Positions 48,845 through 57,135 of a stretch of DNA of 64,000 bases are shown piece after piece. A model generated the notes under the pieces. The model had not been told where the DNA came from and ran no database searches. It was given only the letters and a program-made list of their open reading frames with translations. Positions within the stretch are counted from its first letter, which is position 1; each line of letters starts with the position of its first letter. Made by a program: the position numbers and the translations under genes. Origin of the DNA: Oscillospiraceae bacterium (lineage in GTDB: Bacteria; Bacillota; Clostridia; Oscillospirales; Acutalibacteraceae); assembly GCA_015066635.1 (NCBI GenBank), contig SVOA01000005.1, positions 2,057 to 66,056 of the forward strand, in the 5' to 3' direction.

Positions 48845-50080
48845 TTATTTTAAATAAGCGGTAAAAACAATTCTGTGCCCGTCGGGACTTTCGGCTTTTA
48901 TTTCGCCCTTGTGCGCTTCGGCTATGCTTCTCGCCATTGATAGCCCTATTCCGAAGCCTTGATTTTCCGAGTTCCTTGATTTATCCGCACGGTAAAATCT
49001 GTCAAACAGCTTGTCAAGTTCCGATGTGTCAAGGCTGTCGCATTCGTTTGTCGATTTGATTACAATACCGCTTTTTGCCTTTTCAAGAGAGAATTCAATT
49101 TCCGAGTCTTTGACCGAATATTTGATGGCGTTGTCAATAAGAATCGAACACAGGCGTCTGACCATATATTCGTCTCCGTTGTAACTCAGACCGTCCGGAA
49201 TACTCAAAGCAAGTCTGCGTCCCTGACTTTCGGTATATTCCCTGAAAGATTCTGCGGTTTCCTTAACCGCGGCGCTTATGTCAAAGCTGTGAATTTTTAC
49301 GGGCGTTTCCTCCTCGTCCATACGGGAAAGAGAAACAAGAGAGTTTACAAGCTCTCCGAGTTTTTCTGTCTGTGCCTTTGCCTTGTCTATCCATTTTTGT
49401 CTGCCGACCTCCATTTCGAGTACGGTAAGACTTGTGGCAATAACAGTAATCGGTGTTTTCAGCTCGTGTCCCGCGTCGGTAATAAACTGCTTCTGCTGAG
49501 CGTCCGCCTTTATGACGGGGTCAACGGCCTTGCGGGAAAACAGTATGATAAGCACGGTTATCAGGGCAATGCAGACCGCAGTTGCACCGACTGACAGCAT
49601 AAGCGTTGTGAGCATTGAGCTTATTTCCTTGTCGGCATTGAGAAATACAGCCGAATAGTTACCGTCAGACTGCTTTGTTACGGAATATCTGTATCCGTCG
49701 GCATAACCTTTGCCCTCGCCGTTTTTTTGCGCAATTCCGAGATAGAACGAAATGTCATTTTCCGTAACGGCGGCAATACTTTCAAGATTTGCAGCTGTTA
49801 CGGTTCCGTCCTCAGTATAGTTTATGACAAAATACCGTGTCAGAAACGGTGTTTCCCTGCCGAAATCTCTGTCGGGTTTGCCGTCGGGCTTAAACTCTCC
49901 GCCCTCGCGGAAGGAGGGCATATTACCCATATTCCCGTTAATCATATTGAGGGTATTATCGAGCTTTGAGGTTGTCGAAATAAGGTTTGCGGTGTTCAGA
50001 ATAACGCACAGCAGCAGCATTACGCCGGCAACGGTAAAGCTTGCGATTTTTATAAATTTTTTCTGTAAGCGTTTAATCAT
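48845..50080 (-). CDS. Sensor histidine kinase (two TM segments flanking an extracytoplasmic domain of about 140 aa)
   Basis: H-box FITDAGHELKTPITVI, N-box IDNAIKYS and G-boxes GFGIGLSMA. Confidence 0.9.
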   Translation of the reverse strand: MIKRLQKKFIKIASFTVAGVMLLLCVILNTANLISTTSKLDNTLNMINGNMGNMPSFREGGEFKPDGKPDRDFGRETPFLTRYFVINYTEDGTVTAANLESIAAVTENDISFYLGIAQKNGEGKGYADGYRYSVTKQSDGNYSAVFLNADKEISSMLTTLMLSVGATAVCIALITVLIILFSRKAVDPVIKADAQQKQFITDAGHELKTPITVIATSLTVLEMEVGRQKWIDKAKAQTEKLGELVNSLVSLSRMDEEETPVKIHSFDISAAVKETAESFREYTESQGRRLALSIPDGLSYNGDEYMVRRLCSILIDNAIKYSVKDSEIEFSLEKAKSGIVIKSTNECDSLDTSELDKLFDRFYRADKSRNSENQGFGIGLSMARSIAEAHKGEIKAESPDGHRIVFTAYLK

Positions 50081-50753
50081 TTTCGGCCTCCAGAATATAT
50101 CCTAATCCGCGGTTGGCGTGAACAGTAACCTTTGAACCAATACCGTACAGTTTTTTGCGAAGGTTTGAAATATGCACCCATACTACATTGATTTCGGCAT
50201 CGGAATCCCAGCCCCATACTCTTTCCATAATTTTGTCGGCAGACAGGACGGTTTTGGGATTGCGCATAAATAACTCCATAACCTGAAATTCTCTGCCGCT
50301 GAGTCTTACGGATTTGCCCGAAGTACATTCAAGCAAGTCGCTTGACGGGTTAAGCGAAATGTCTCCGAATGACAGCACGGAGGGCTTGTATTCCTCACGG
50401 CGCCGAAGTATTGCCCGAACACGGCTCAGCAGTTCGTCTGCTTCAAAGGGCTTGGGAAGATAATCGTCTGCACCCGAGTCGAAACCTTCGATTCTGTCAT
50501 CCTTCTGAGCCTTTGCGGTAAGCATCATAATAGGCGTGCGGTTCCCGTCGCTGCGGAGCCGCTTTAAAACCTCGATGCCGTTGAGTCCCGGCATCATAAC
50601 ATCAAGAATTATAGCGTCATATTCGTCTGCACAGGCATATTCGTAGGCAGATGTTCCGTCATTTACGGTGTCAACCGTGAACTGATTTTTTTCAAAAAAT
50701 ACCGTCAGAGCTTCAGCTAAATCAAGCTCGTCCTCGGCAATAAGTAAACGCAT
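50073..50753 (-). CDS. OmpR/PhoB-family response regulator
   Basis: MRLLIAEDE...ILDVMMPG (phospho-Asp)...LTAK. The C-terminal winged helix is LSGREFQVMELF...GLGY. 8-nt overlap with the kinase gene. ATG 50753 follows GGGTGG. Confidence 0.92.
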   Translation of the reverse strand: MRLLIAEDELDLAEALTVFFEKNQFTVDTVNDGTSAYEYACADEYDAIILDVMMPGLNGIEVLKRLRSDGNRTPIMMLTAKAQKDDRIEGFDSGADDYLPKPFEADELLSRVRAILRRREEYKPSVLSFGDISLNPSSDLLECTSGKSVRLSGREFQVMELFMRNPKTVLSADKIMERVWGWDSDAEINVVWVHISNLRKKLYGIGSKVTVHANRGLGYILEAEND

Positions 50754-50809
50754 ATAAACCACCCGAAATAATTATATTATAAATTGGTAATAAAAGCAAT
50801 AATCGTGTT

Positions 50810-51472
50810 TTACAGCGCTTCCTTGCTGTCAACCTTGCTGCAGACTATATTCAGGTTTCCGTTACGGCACCTTATTTCGTCAATAAGCGCTTTTGGTATC
50901 TGCGGCTGTTTTAGTATAATTTCGTACTGTAATTCAAACATGGTTCCCATATTTGTCGTCTTGACCTTTTCGAGCGAAGCGTGCTTTGTGTACTGCTCAA
51001 ACAGGTCGTCAAACAGTCCGTCGTAATCGAGATTTTCGGGAATTGTGATTTTGAGAGTTCTTGCAGAACTGTTCCCTGAGCCGAAATCGGTTACGGTTAA
51101 AACTATTATGAATACGGACAGTATTGCAAAGAATATTCCTGCCAGTGCAACATAACCCATACCTGTTGCAAGTCCGATAGCCATCGCCATAAAAATTGCG
51201 CCGATTTCCTTTGCCGTACCGGGTGCGGAGCGGAATCTTACCAGCGAGAAAGCTCCCGCCACCGCAACGCCTGCGCCTATATTTCCGTTTACAAGCATAA
51301 TTACTATCTGAACTATTGCAGGCAGCATTGCAAGCGTTACCGCAAAGCTTTGTGTGCAACGGTTTTTAAATGAGTAAACGAGCGCCGTACCGATACCGAG
51401 TACGAGAGATATTCCCGTACAGATTAAGAATACGGATATTGTTATTTCTGTTGATATAATTGAACTAAGCAC
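50810..51472 (-). CDS. DUF4956-type polytopic membrane protein
   Basis: Four to five TM helices with GAGVAVAGAFSLVRFRSAPGTAKEIGAIFMAMAIGLATGMG, then a soluble C-terminal domain. 8-nt overlap with the upstream VTC-domain gene. Confidence 0.75.
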   Translation of the reverse strand: MLSSIISTEITISVFLICTGISLVLGIGTALVYSFKNRCTQSFAVTLAMLPAIVQIVIMLVNGNIGAGVAVAGAFSLVRFRSAPGTAKEIGAIFMAMAIGLATGMGYVALAGIFFAILSVFIIVLTVTDFGSGNSSARTLKITIPENLDYDGLFDDLFEQYTKHASLEKVKTTNMGTMFELQYEIILKQPQIPKALIDEIRCRNGNLNIVCSKVDSKEAL

Positions 51473-52202
51473 TTAAACGCGCCTCCTTTTTGATTGCTTT
51501 GATACTGCTGTCGAGAATATGCTCCCGATAACAGGTACCGTATTTTGAAAATGAAGTCGGATAGATACCGAGCTGTGTGAGAATGTGTGAAAGGAACAGA
51601 GGACATACGCCAGGAATTTTGATTTCCATAAGTATTCTGCCGTCATTTACGAGAGCCTCTCCGTAATCTCCCTTTCTCAGGTCAAGCTCTGTGAGTCTGA
51701 ATCTTATATTCCTGTCAAAGGTTATTCTTAATTCACTGTCGTCCCTGCCCGCATAAGCCTCACGGTCATAGGCGATAAACGCTTTCGGAGATGAACGGTA
51801 TAAACTCTGGAAATATGAGATTTCCTTTGAAATCTGCGTCTGACGGTCGCTCGGATAGATTCCCCTTAACATAGGTTCGCAGAGATATGCGTCTGCCGTC
51901 ATCCTTCTTTTATAGACAACCCCGTCATATTTTTTCTTTAATTCTATAAAAACCTGCGAGCCGTTTTCGGGGACACCGTAGCTTCTTACTCTCAGCTTTT
52001 CCTTATAAACCGGTTTGTCGAGCGAAGCGCGTATAAGCGCATAGTCATCTGTGTCATAATAGATATTACATATAGTGTATTGTCCATATTCATCGGGCTT
52101 TACAAAGGGAGCGATTTCCTCTTTGAAGCTCCTGTACTGTTCCTCTGTCAGAAAGTACTTTTTTTCATATCTTTTAAAGCAGGTCTGAATACTGTTTGTC
52201 AT
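51465..52202 (-). CDS. VTC-domain (triphosphate tunnel metalloenzyme, Vtc4-like polyphosphate polymerase domain) protein
   Basis: FKRYEKKYFL, KLRVRSY, FIELKKKY, LRITFDRNIRF and LMEIKIPG are the alternating basic/acidic beta-strand motifs of the TTM/VTC tunnel. ATG 52202 lies 7 nt after AAAGGAGGT. Confidence 0.8.
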   Translation of the reverse strand: MTNSIQTCFKRYEKKYFLTEEQYRSFKEEIAPFVKPDEYGQYTICNIYYDTDDYALIRASLDKPVYKEKLRVRSYGVPENGSQVFIELKKKYDGVVYKRRMTADAYLCEPMLRGIYPSDRQTQISKEISYFQSLYRSSPKAFIAYDREAYAGRDDSELRITFDRNIRFRLTELDLRKGDYGEALVNDGRILMEIKIPGVCPLFLSHILTQLGIYPTSFSKYGTCYREHILDSSIKAIKKEARLSA

Positions 52203-52240
52203 AGGCGTTACCTCCTTTGCCGACCTCATTATAGGAGGAT

Positions 52241-52296
52241 AACCTAAAGAGAACCTAAAGGAAAAATTAAAGAATTCTTTAGGTTCACTTTAAGTG
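52241..52296. promoter_or_regulatory. Repeat-type operator candidate in the divergent promoter region: two direct AACCTAAAG repeats at 11-bp spacing, one inverted copy, and an adjacent palindrome
   Basis: AACCTAAAG at 52241-52249 and 52252-52260. CTTTAGGTT (inverted copy) at 52277-52285. CACTTtAAGTG palindrome at 52286-52296. Confidence 0.45.
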
Positions 52297-52339
52297 AGTG
52301 CTTTATGATAAAGCCGAAATCTCAAAGGAGGAGATTATT

Positions 52340-53869
52340 ATGAAAAACTCAAAACTCAAAAAATTAACGGCACTTACCGTAACCCTTTTAATAATAGTAT
52401 CGGTTTTCTGCTCCTGCTCGCTGAAAAAAACAGATTTATCGGCTGCAGAGTCGGACAGCACGGGGACGGGTAACGAGGCAGTCGTCAGTCTTTTGAACGA
52501 TTCGCAGGTTACTCCCGATACGCAGAGCGGAAATACTATTATACTTGAAGGCGAAACGGCAACCGTAAACGGAAACGGAGCAGAGGTCAAAGACGGAACA
52601 GTAACAATTACCGCAGGCGGAACCTATACCGTTTCGGGAACTCTTAAAGACGGAAGGATAATTGTTGACGCAGACGGCGAAGAGGTTATTATAGTTTTCT
52701 CGAATGCAAGCATCAGCTGTTCGTATTCAAGTCCGCTGTATATTTACAAGGCGTCAAAGGCAACAGTTTATCTTGCGGAGGGGACAAAGAACACCCTTAC
52801 CGATTCGGCGTCTTACAGCTACGGCGATTCTTTTTCCTCGCAGACGGATGAGGAACCGAACTCGGCTCTTTACTCAAAAACCGACCTTGTAATTGCGGGC
52901 AGCGGAGAACTTACCGTAAATGCGAATTTCAACAATGGCATTACAAGCAAGGACACTCTCAGAATTGAGAATGCAACGCTTACCGTAAACGCAAAGAATC
53001 ACGGTATCAACGGCAAGGATAATCTTGAGGTCAGAAATGCAAACATAACGGTTACCTGCTCGGGAGATGCGCTTCGCTCGACTAACGATACGGATTCCTC
53101 TCTGGGATATATCATTATTGCAAATTCCGATTTGACGCTGAATTCGGGCGAGGACGGAATTCAAGCTCAGACTTATCTCACTATAAGCAATTCCGATGTT
53201 ACGGTTACCTCGGGCGGAGGAAGTGGAACTTCTCTGAATTCCGAAGTCAGCGCAAAAGGACTTAAAGCCGAAACTGACATCACGCTTGAGGGAGGCAGCT
53301 TTAAACTTGACTGCTGCGACGACGCGGTTCACGCGGGACAGAATATAACAATTCAGTCAGGCGAGTTTACGGTCAGCACGGGAGACGATGCAATTCATGC
53401 AGACAACACCGTAACGATTAACGGCGGCGATATGACTCTTGAGTGCCATGAAGGAATTGAGGCAACGGTAATAGTAATAAACGGCGGTAAAACGGTTATC
53501 AATGCAAGTGATGACGGCATCAATGCCGCACAGAAGGTTTCGGGAATTACTCCGAGGGTTGAAATCAATTCGGGCGAAATCACGATTACAATGGGACAGG
53601 GAGATACCGACGGAATTGACTCTAACGGGGATATAATTATAAACGGCGGTACGCTCAGCGTAACGGGACAGTTCCCGTTTGACTATGACGGCACGGCATC
53701 GGTAAACGGCGGAACGGTTTATGCCAACGGCGAAAAGGTTACCGAGCTTCAGAATCAGTTTGCCGGCGGAATGTCCGGCGGAGGACAGATGCAGGGTGAA
53801 CCTCCCGCAGGCAGAGGACAGATGCCCGACGGTCAGAAGGGCGCTGTGCCTCCCGGAGGAAAAAGATAA
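52340..53869 (+). CDS. Secreted or lipid-anchored Cthe_2159-type carbohydrate-binding beta-helix protein
   Basis: Signal peptide with Cys (LLIIVSVFCSCS). NTIILEGETATVNGNGAEVKDGTVTITAGGTYTVSGTLKDGRIIVDA is followed by many DGI/DDAIHA-type helix turns. Gly/Pro/Gln-rich tail. ATG 52340 follows AAAGGAGGAG. Confidence 0.75.
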   Translation: MKNSKLKKLTALTVTLLIIVSVFCSCSLKKTDLSAAESDSTGTGNEAVVSLLNDSQVTPDTQSGNTIILEGETATVNGNGAEVKDGTVTITAGGTYTVSGTLKDGRIIVDADGEEVIIVFSNASISCSYSSPLYIYKASKATVYLAEGTKNTLTDSASYSYGDSFSSQTDEEPNSALYSKTDLVIAGSGELTVNANFNNGITSKDTLRIENATLTVNAKNHGINGKDNLEVRNANITVTCSGDALRSTNDTDSSLGYIIIANSDLTLNSGEDGIQAQTYLTISNSDVTVTSGGGSGTSLNSEVSAKGLKAETDITLEGGSFKLDCCDDAVHAGQNITIQSGEFTVSTGDDAIHADNTVTINGGDMTLECHEGIEATVIVINGGKTVINASDDGINAAQKVSGITPRVEINSGEITITMGQGDTDGIDSNGDIIINGGTLSVTGQFPFDYDGTASVNGGTVYANGEKVTELQNQFAGGMSGGGQMQGEPPAGRGQMPDGQKGAVPPGGKR

Positions 53870-53884
53870 TATGTAATTAAAAGA

Positions 53885-53918
53885 CGGCCTGACAGTAAAA
53901 ACTGTCGGGCTGTTTTTT
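53885..53918 (+). terminator. Terminator after the beta-helix protein gene
   Basis: cggcctgacag-taaaaa-ctgtcgggctg (imperfect stem) followed by TTTTTT. Confidence 0.6.
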
Positions 53919-53950
53919 AGTCGGGACTTGCAAATGAAAACGGAATTCGG

Positions 53951-53958
53951 CATACACT
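53951..53958 (+). promoter_or_regulatory. Mother-cell sigma (sigma-E/sigma-K type) -10-like element, CATACACT, upstream of sigK
   Basis: CATACAcT lies about 20 nt upstream of the sigK start and resembles the CATACA-T -10 consensus of Bacillus sigma-E/K promoters. The -35 is not convincing. Confidence 0.35.
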
Positions 53959-53977
53959 CTTAAAGGAGTGTGATAAT

Positions 53978-54667
53978 ATGCTTATAAATTTACTGTCCTT
54001 TATTTTTGCAAATATGTTTTACCTTATGCTTCATCTGGAGAATTCGGGGTCTTTCCCGAAGCCTCTGAGCGCAAAGGAGGAGGCGGAGGCTCTGGCAAAA
54101 ATGCAGCAGGGGGACGCGGCGGCGAGAGATTTGCTTATTGAGCACAATCTGCGGCTTGTGGTACATATAATTAAAAAATATTACTCGAATTATTCCGACC
54201 AGGACGATTTGATTTCAATAGGCACAATAGGACTTATAAAGGCGGTCAACAGCTTTGACAATTCCAAGGGCACACGGCTCGCCACCTATGCGGCGAGGTG
54301 CGTGGAAAATGAAATACTAATGTACTTCCGCAATCAAAAAAAGAGCGCACAGGATATTTCAATGAACGACCCCATTGACTTTGACGCGCAGGGCAACCCT
54401 CTGACGCTTGCCGATATTCTCTACACAGACGACACCGTTTTTGACGATATAGACAAGAGGATGAAGGTAGAAAAGCTTAGACAGTATATTTCGGAAATGA
54501 AGGATGAGAGAGAAAAACAGATTATAATAAGAAGATACGGACTTGACGGCAGGTGTCCGCTTACACAGAGGGAAATAGCAAAGCAGATGAATATTTCCCG
54601 TTCCTATGTTTCCAGACTCGAGAAAAAAGCCATAGAAGATTTGCGCAAAAGCTTTGACGGGGAATAA
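53978..54667 (+). CDS. sigK: Sporulation sigma factor K (pro-sigma-K, uninterrupted)
   Basis: Hydrophobic pro-sequence, then SFPKPLSAKEE...LIEHNLRLVVHIIKKY...DLISIGTIGLIKAV...LATYAARCVENEILM. This is closest to the SigK pattern (NAFPQPLS / LIEHNLRLVAH). Confidence 0.85.
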   Translation: MLINLLSFIFANMFYLMLHLENSGSFPKPLSAKEEAEALAKMQQGDAAARDLLIEHNLRLVVHIIKKYYSNYSDQDDLISIGTIGLIKAVNSFDNSKGTRLATYAARCVENEILMYFRNQKKSAQDISMNDPIDFDAQGNPLTLADILYTDDTVFDDIDKRMKVEKLRQYISEMKDEREKQIIIRRYGLDGRCPLTQREIAKQMNISRSYVSRLEKKAIEDLRKSFDGE

Positions 54668-54710
54668 ATGAAGTGATAAAATAAAGAATACAGAAGAAAG
54701 ACGTGAAAAT

Positions 54711-55772
54711 ATGATAAGCGAAATACTCAAAAAAACTTCATCGTGGGAAATGCTTAAAAGCACGGAACTGCCTGTAATTCTGTACGGCACGGGTAACGGC
54801 GCCGACAGGGTTATAGATGAATTCCTGCGCCTCGGCATTACTCTGTCGGGTATTACCGCAAGCGACGGCTTTGTGCGCAAACGTCAGTTCCGCGGATTTG
54901 AGGTTAAGGAAATTTCATATTTTGAGGAGCTTTACGGCGATTTTGCCGTTGCCGTTGCCTTCGGCTCAAATCTCGACAGCGTTATTAAAACGATTCTCGG
55001 CGTTGCCGAAAAGCACAGAACGGTTGTGCCCTGCGTTCCCGTTTACGGAGATACGGTTTTTAACCGTGAGTTTATTGAGAAAAATAAAATCAAACTGGAG
55101 CAGGTTTATGGTTTGCTTGCGGACGATATTTCAAAAGAGGTCTTTTCGGATGTCGTTAAATTTGAACTTACGGGCGAGCTGAAATATCTTCTTCGCAGCG
55201 AAACCTCAAAGGACGAGGCCTTCGGTAGCATACTCAAACTCGGCGCAGACGAGCACTGTCTCGACATCGGCGCATACCGAGGCGACACGGTTGACGAGTT
55301 TCTGAAATATACGGGCGGATTGTACGGGAGTATTACCGCACTTGAGCCCGATGCCAAGAGTTTTGAGAAGCTGCGCGCTCATACCTCAAATCTCAAAAAC
55401 TGTCGTCTTGTAAACAAAGGAATATGGAGCGAGTGTACCGAGATATTGTTTTCCGACGGTAAAAAGGGCAGGGGAAACAGCGCTTCTCAAAAGGGAAAAC
55501 CCGTTAAAACCGTTACGGTTGACTTGCTTGACGGTGCAGATAAATTCACATACATAAAAGCGGACGCCGAAGGGTGTGAAGGGGAAATGCTTTACGGAGC
55601 ATACAACACCCTCAAAAAGAAAAAGCCGAAGCTCAATATTGCTTGCTACCACAGAAGCGAGGACATATTTGAACTTCCGCTTAAAATCAGGGAAATAAAC
55701 CCCGATTACAGAATTTATTTAAGACATCATCATTACATACCCTGCTGGGATATGAATCTTTATTGCGTATGA
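54711..55772 (+). CDS. FkbM-family methyltransferase
   Basis: CLDIGAYRGDTVDEF...ALEPD...IKADAEGCE are FkbM motifs. The N-terminal LPVILYGTGNGA Rossmann-like extension is also present. Confidence 0.8.
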   Translation: MISEILKKTSSWEMLKSTELPVILYGTGNGADRVIDEFLRLGITLSGITASDGFVRKRQFRGFEVKEISYFEELYGDFAVAVAFGSNLDSVIKTILGVAEKHRTVVPCVPVYGDTVFNREFIEKNKIKLEQVYGLLADDISKEVFSDVVKFELTGELKYLLRSETSKDEAFGSILKLGADEHCLDIGAYRGDTVDEFLKYTGGLYGSITALEPDAKSFEKLRAHTSNLKNCRLVNKGIWSECTEILFSDGKKGRGNSASQKGKPVKTVTVDLLDGADKFTYIKADAEGCEGEMLYGAYNTLKKKKPKLNIACYHRSEDIFELPLKIREINPDYRIYLRHHHYIPCWDMNLYCV

Positions 55773-55773
55773 A

Positions 55774-55804
55774 AAAAGCTCTTTGCTTCGGCAAAGAGCT
55801 TTTA
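55774..55804. terminator. Bidirectional terminator (FkbM gene / TVP38 gene)
   Basis: aaagctctttgc-ttcg-gcaaagagcttt is a 12-bp perfect stem. Confidence 0.8.
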
Positions 55805-55808
55805 AACA

Positions 55809-56519
55809 TTATTTTTTAAATGCGCTTCTGACCTTTACGCCGAAGCAGTGAACTTTGTTGTTTATGGTGTCGCGGTATTTATACAGTAAGAACATGGCGA
55901 CAAAATCAAGCACAACAATTATTACCATAAAGGTATAGTCGTGAGAGAGTATCTTTCTTCCTATTGCGCACATCATAAAAATCTGCACGGAACTTCCGAT
56001 AAATACGCCGAGGGTGTATTTGAGCGCCGAGATTCTTGCGGCGGACGCGGCATAGGGGATAATTCCGTTAGGCATAACGGGTATCATAAAGCATAGCACT
56101 ATCGCAATAAACGGGTCGCCCTTGCTTAAAAAAGCGAGCATTTTACGGCTCTTTTCCCCGTCAAGAAAATCAGACTTGAAACGTCTTGCAAACAGAAAAA
56201 TCAAAAGGTTCGTAACCACAAACGAACTGTGGCAGACTATAAAGCTTTTTATAAATCCGTATGCCATACCGCCTGCAATTTCAATGGGCGCGCCGGGCAG
56301 AACTATTGAAATTACCTGAATTGCCTGCAGCAAAAACAGATATACAAGTCCTTTGAGAGTTCCGCTTTGCATCAGGAATTCCTGTATCTTTGCCTCGTCT
56401 CCGCTTTTCATGGCCTCCCAAAGTCCGGGTGCCATAGGCACAAACGCCTTGTAGAAAAACAGAATTGCCAGCGCAAAGCAGACAACGTATATTAAAGCTT
56501 TTATGTATTTTTTATTCAA
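55809..56519 (-). CDS. TVP38/TMEM64 (DedA-related) family membrane protein
   Basis: VLPGAPIEIAGGMAYG motif and a multi-TM architecture. Confidence 0.85.
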   Translation of the reverse strand: MNKKYIKALIYVVCFALAILFFYKAFVPMAPGLWEAMKSGDEAKIQEFLMQSGTLKGLVYLFLLQAIQVISIVLPGAPIEIAGGMAYGFIKSFIVCHSSFVVTNLLIFLFARRFKSDFLDGEKSRKMLAFLSKGDPFIAIVLCFMIPVMPNGIIPYAASAARISALKYTLGVFIGSSVQIFMMCAIGRKILSHDYTFMVIIVVLDFVAMFLLYKYRDTINNKVHCFGVKVRSAFKK

Positions 56520-57135
56520 CCGAAGCGCCCTCCCAAATTGAATATTTACATCCGCAGTAATTCTGACGGTAAAGACCGTATTCTTCCGAAAGCTCCGTTG
56601 AGCGCTTGTAGCCTTCCTTTTTCTTGAAATCGGACTGCAGAAACTTAACGCCGTACTTTTCCTGAGCTTTAAGTCCGAGTTCGTTTAAAAGCAAAGAGTT
56701 TTTATGAGGACTTACCGTAAGGGTGGTGCAGAAGTAGTCCGCGCCGATTTCCTTTGCCTTTTTTGCAGATGCTTCAAGGCGCAGTATAAAGCACTCGGTA
56801 CAGCGCCTGCCGCCCTCTTTTTCGTCCTCAAGTCCCTTGACGGCGTTATAGAAATCGTCGGGTATATATTCCGACTCTACGGTGTCTATCCCGTTGGGAA
56901 AATCGGCGTTTGCAAGCAGTTTGTCAAACTGAGCAAGGCGCTTGTAATACTCGCTTGCGGGGTAAATATTAGGATTGTAGAAATACAGCTTTATTTGGAA
57001 ATGCTCCTTTAATCTTTCAAGCACGGCGCTTGAACAGGGTGCGCAGCAACATTGAAGCAAAAGCACAGGTTTTGAGCCTGTGCTTTCTATTTTTTTCAGT
57101 TCTTCTTCCATCAAAAGCTGAAAATTCTGTTTCAT
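56512..57135 (-). CDS. queH: Epoxyqueuosine reductase QueH (DUF208)
   Basis: LLQCCCAPCSS, FYNPNIYPASEY and YRQNYCGCKYS are diagnostic Cys motifs. Confidence 0.88.
   Translation of the reverse strand: MKQNFQLLMEEELKKIESTGSKPVLLLQCCCAPCSSAVLERLKEHFQIKLYFYNPNIYPASEYYKRLAQFDKLLANADFPNGIDTVESEYIPDDFYNAVKGLEDEKEGGRRCTECFILRLEASAKKAKEIGADYFCTTLTVSPHKNSLLLNELGLKAQEKYGVKFLQSDFKKKEGYKRSTELSEEYGLYRQNYCGCKYSIWEGASVE

Noticed and set aside
53357-53953. A 198-aa minus-strand ORF.
   Set aside because: It is antisense to the 3' part of the beta-helix protein gene and crosses that gene's terminator. It is a mirror-frame artefact of the repetitive G/D/N-rich coding sequence.
53978-54667. I checked whether sigK is split by a skin-type prophage-like element, or whether this is sigE rather than sigK.
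   Set aside because: The ORF is continuous through regions 2-4. The SFPKPLS / LIEHNLRLV / ATYAARC pattern fits SigK better than SigE. No recombinase or intervening element is present.
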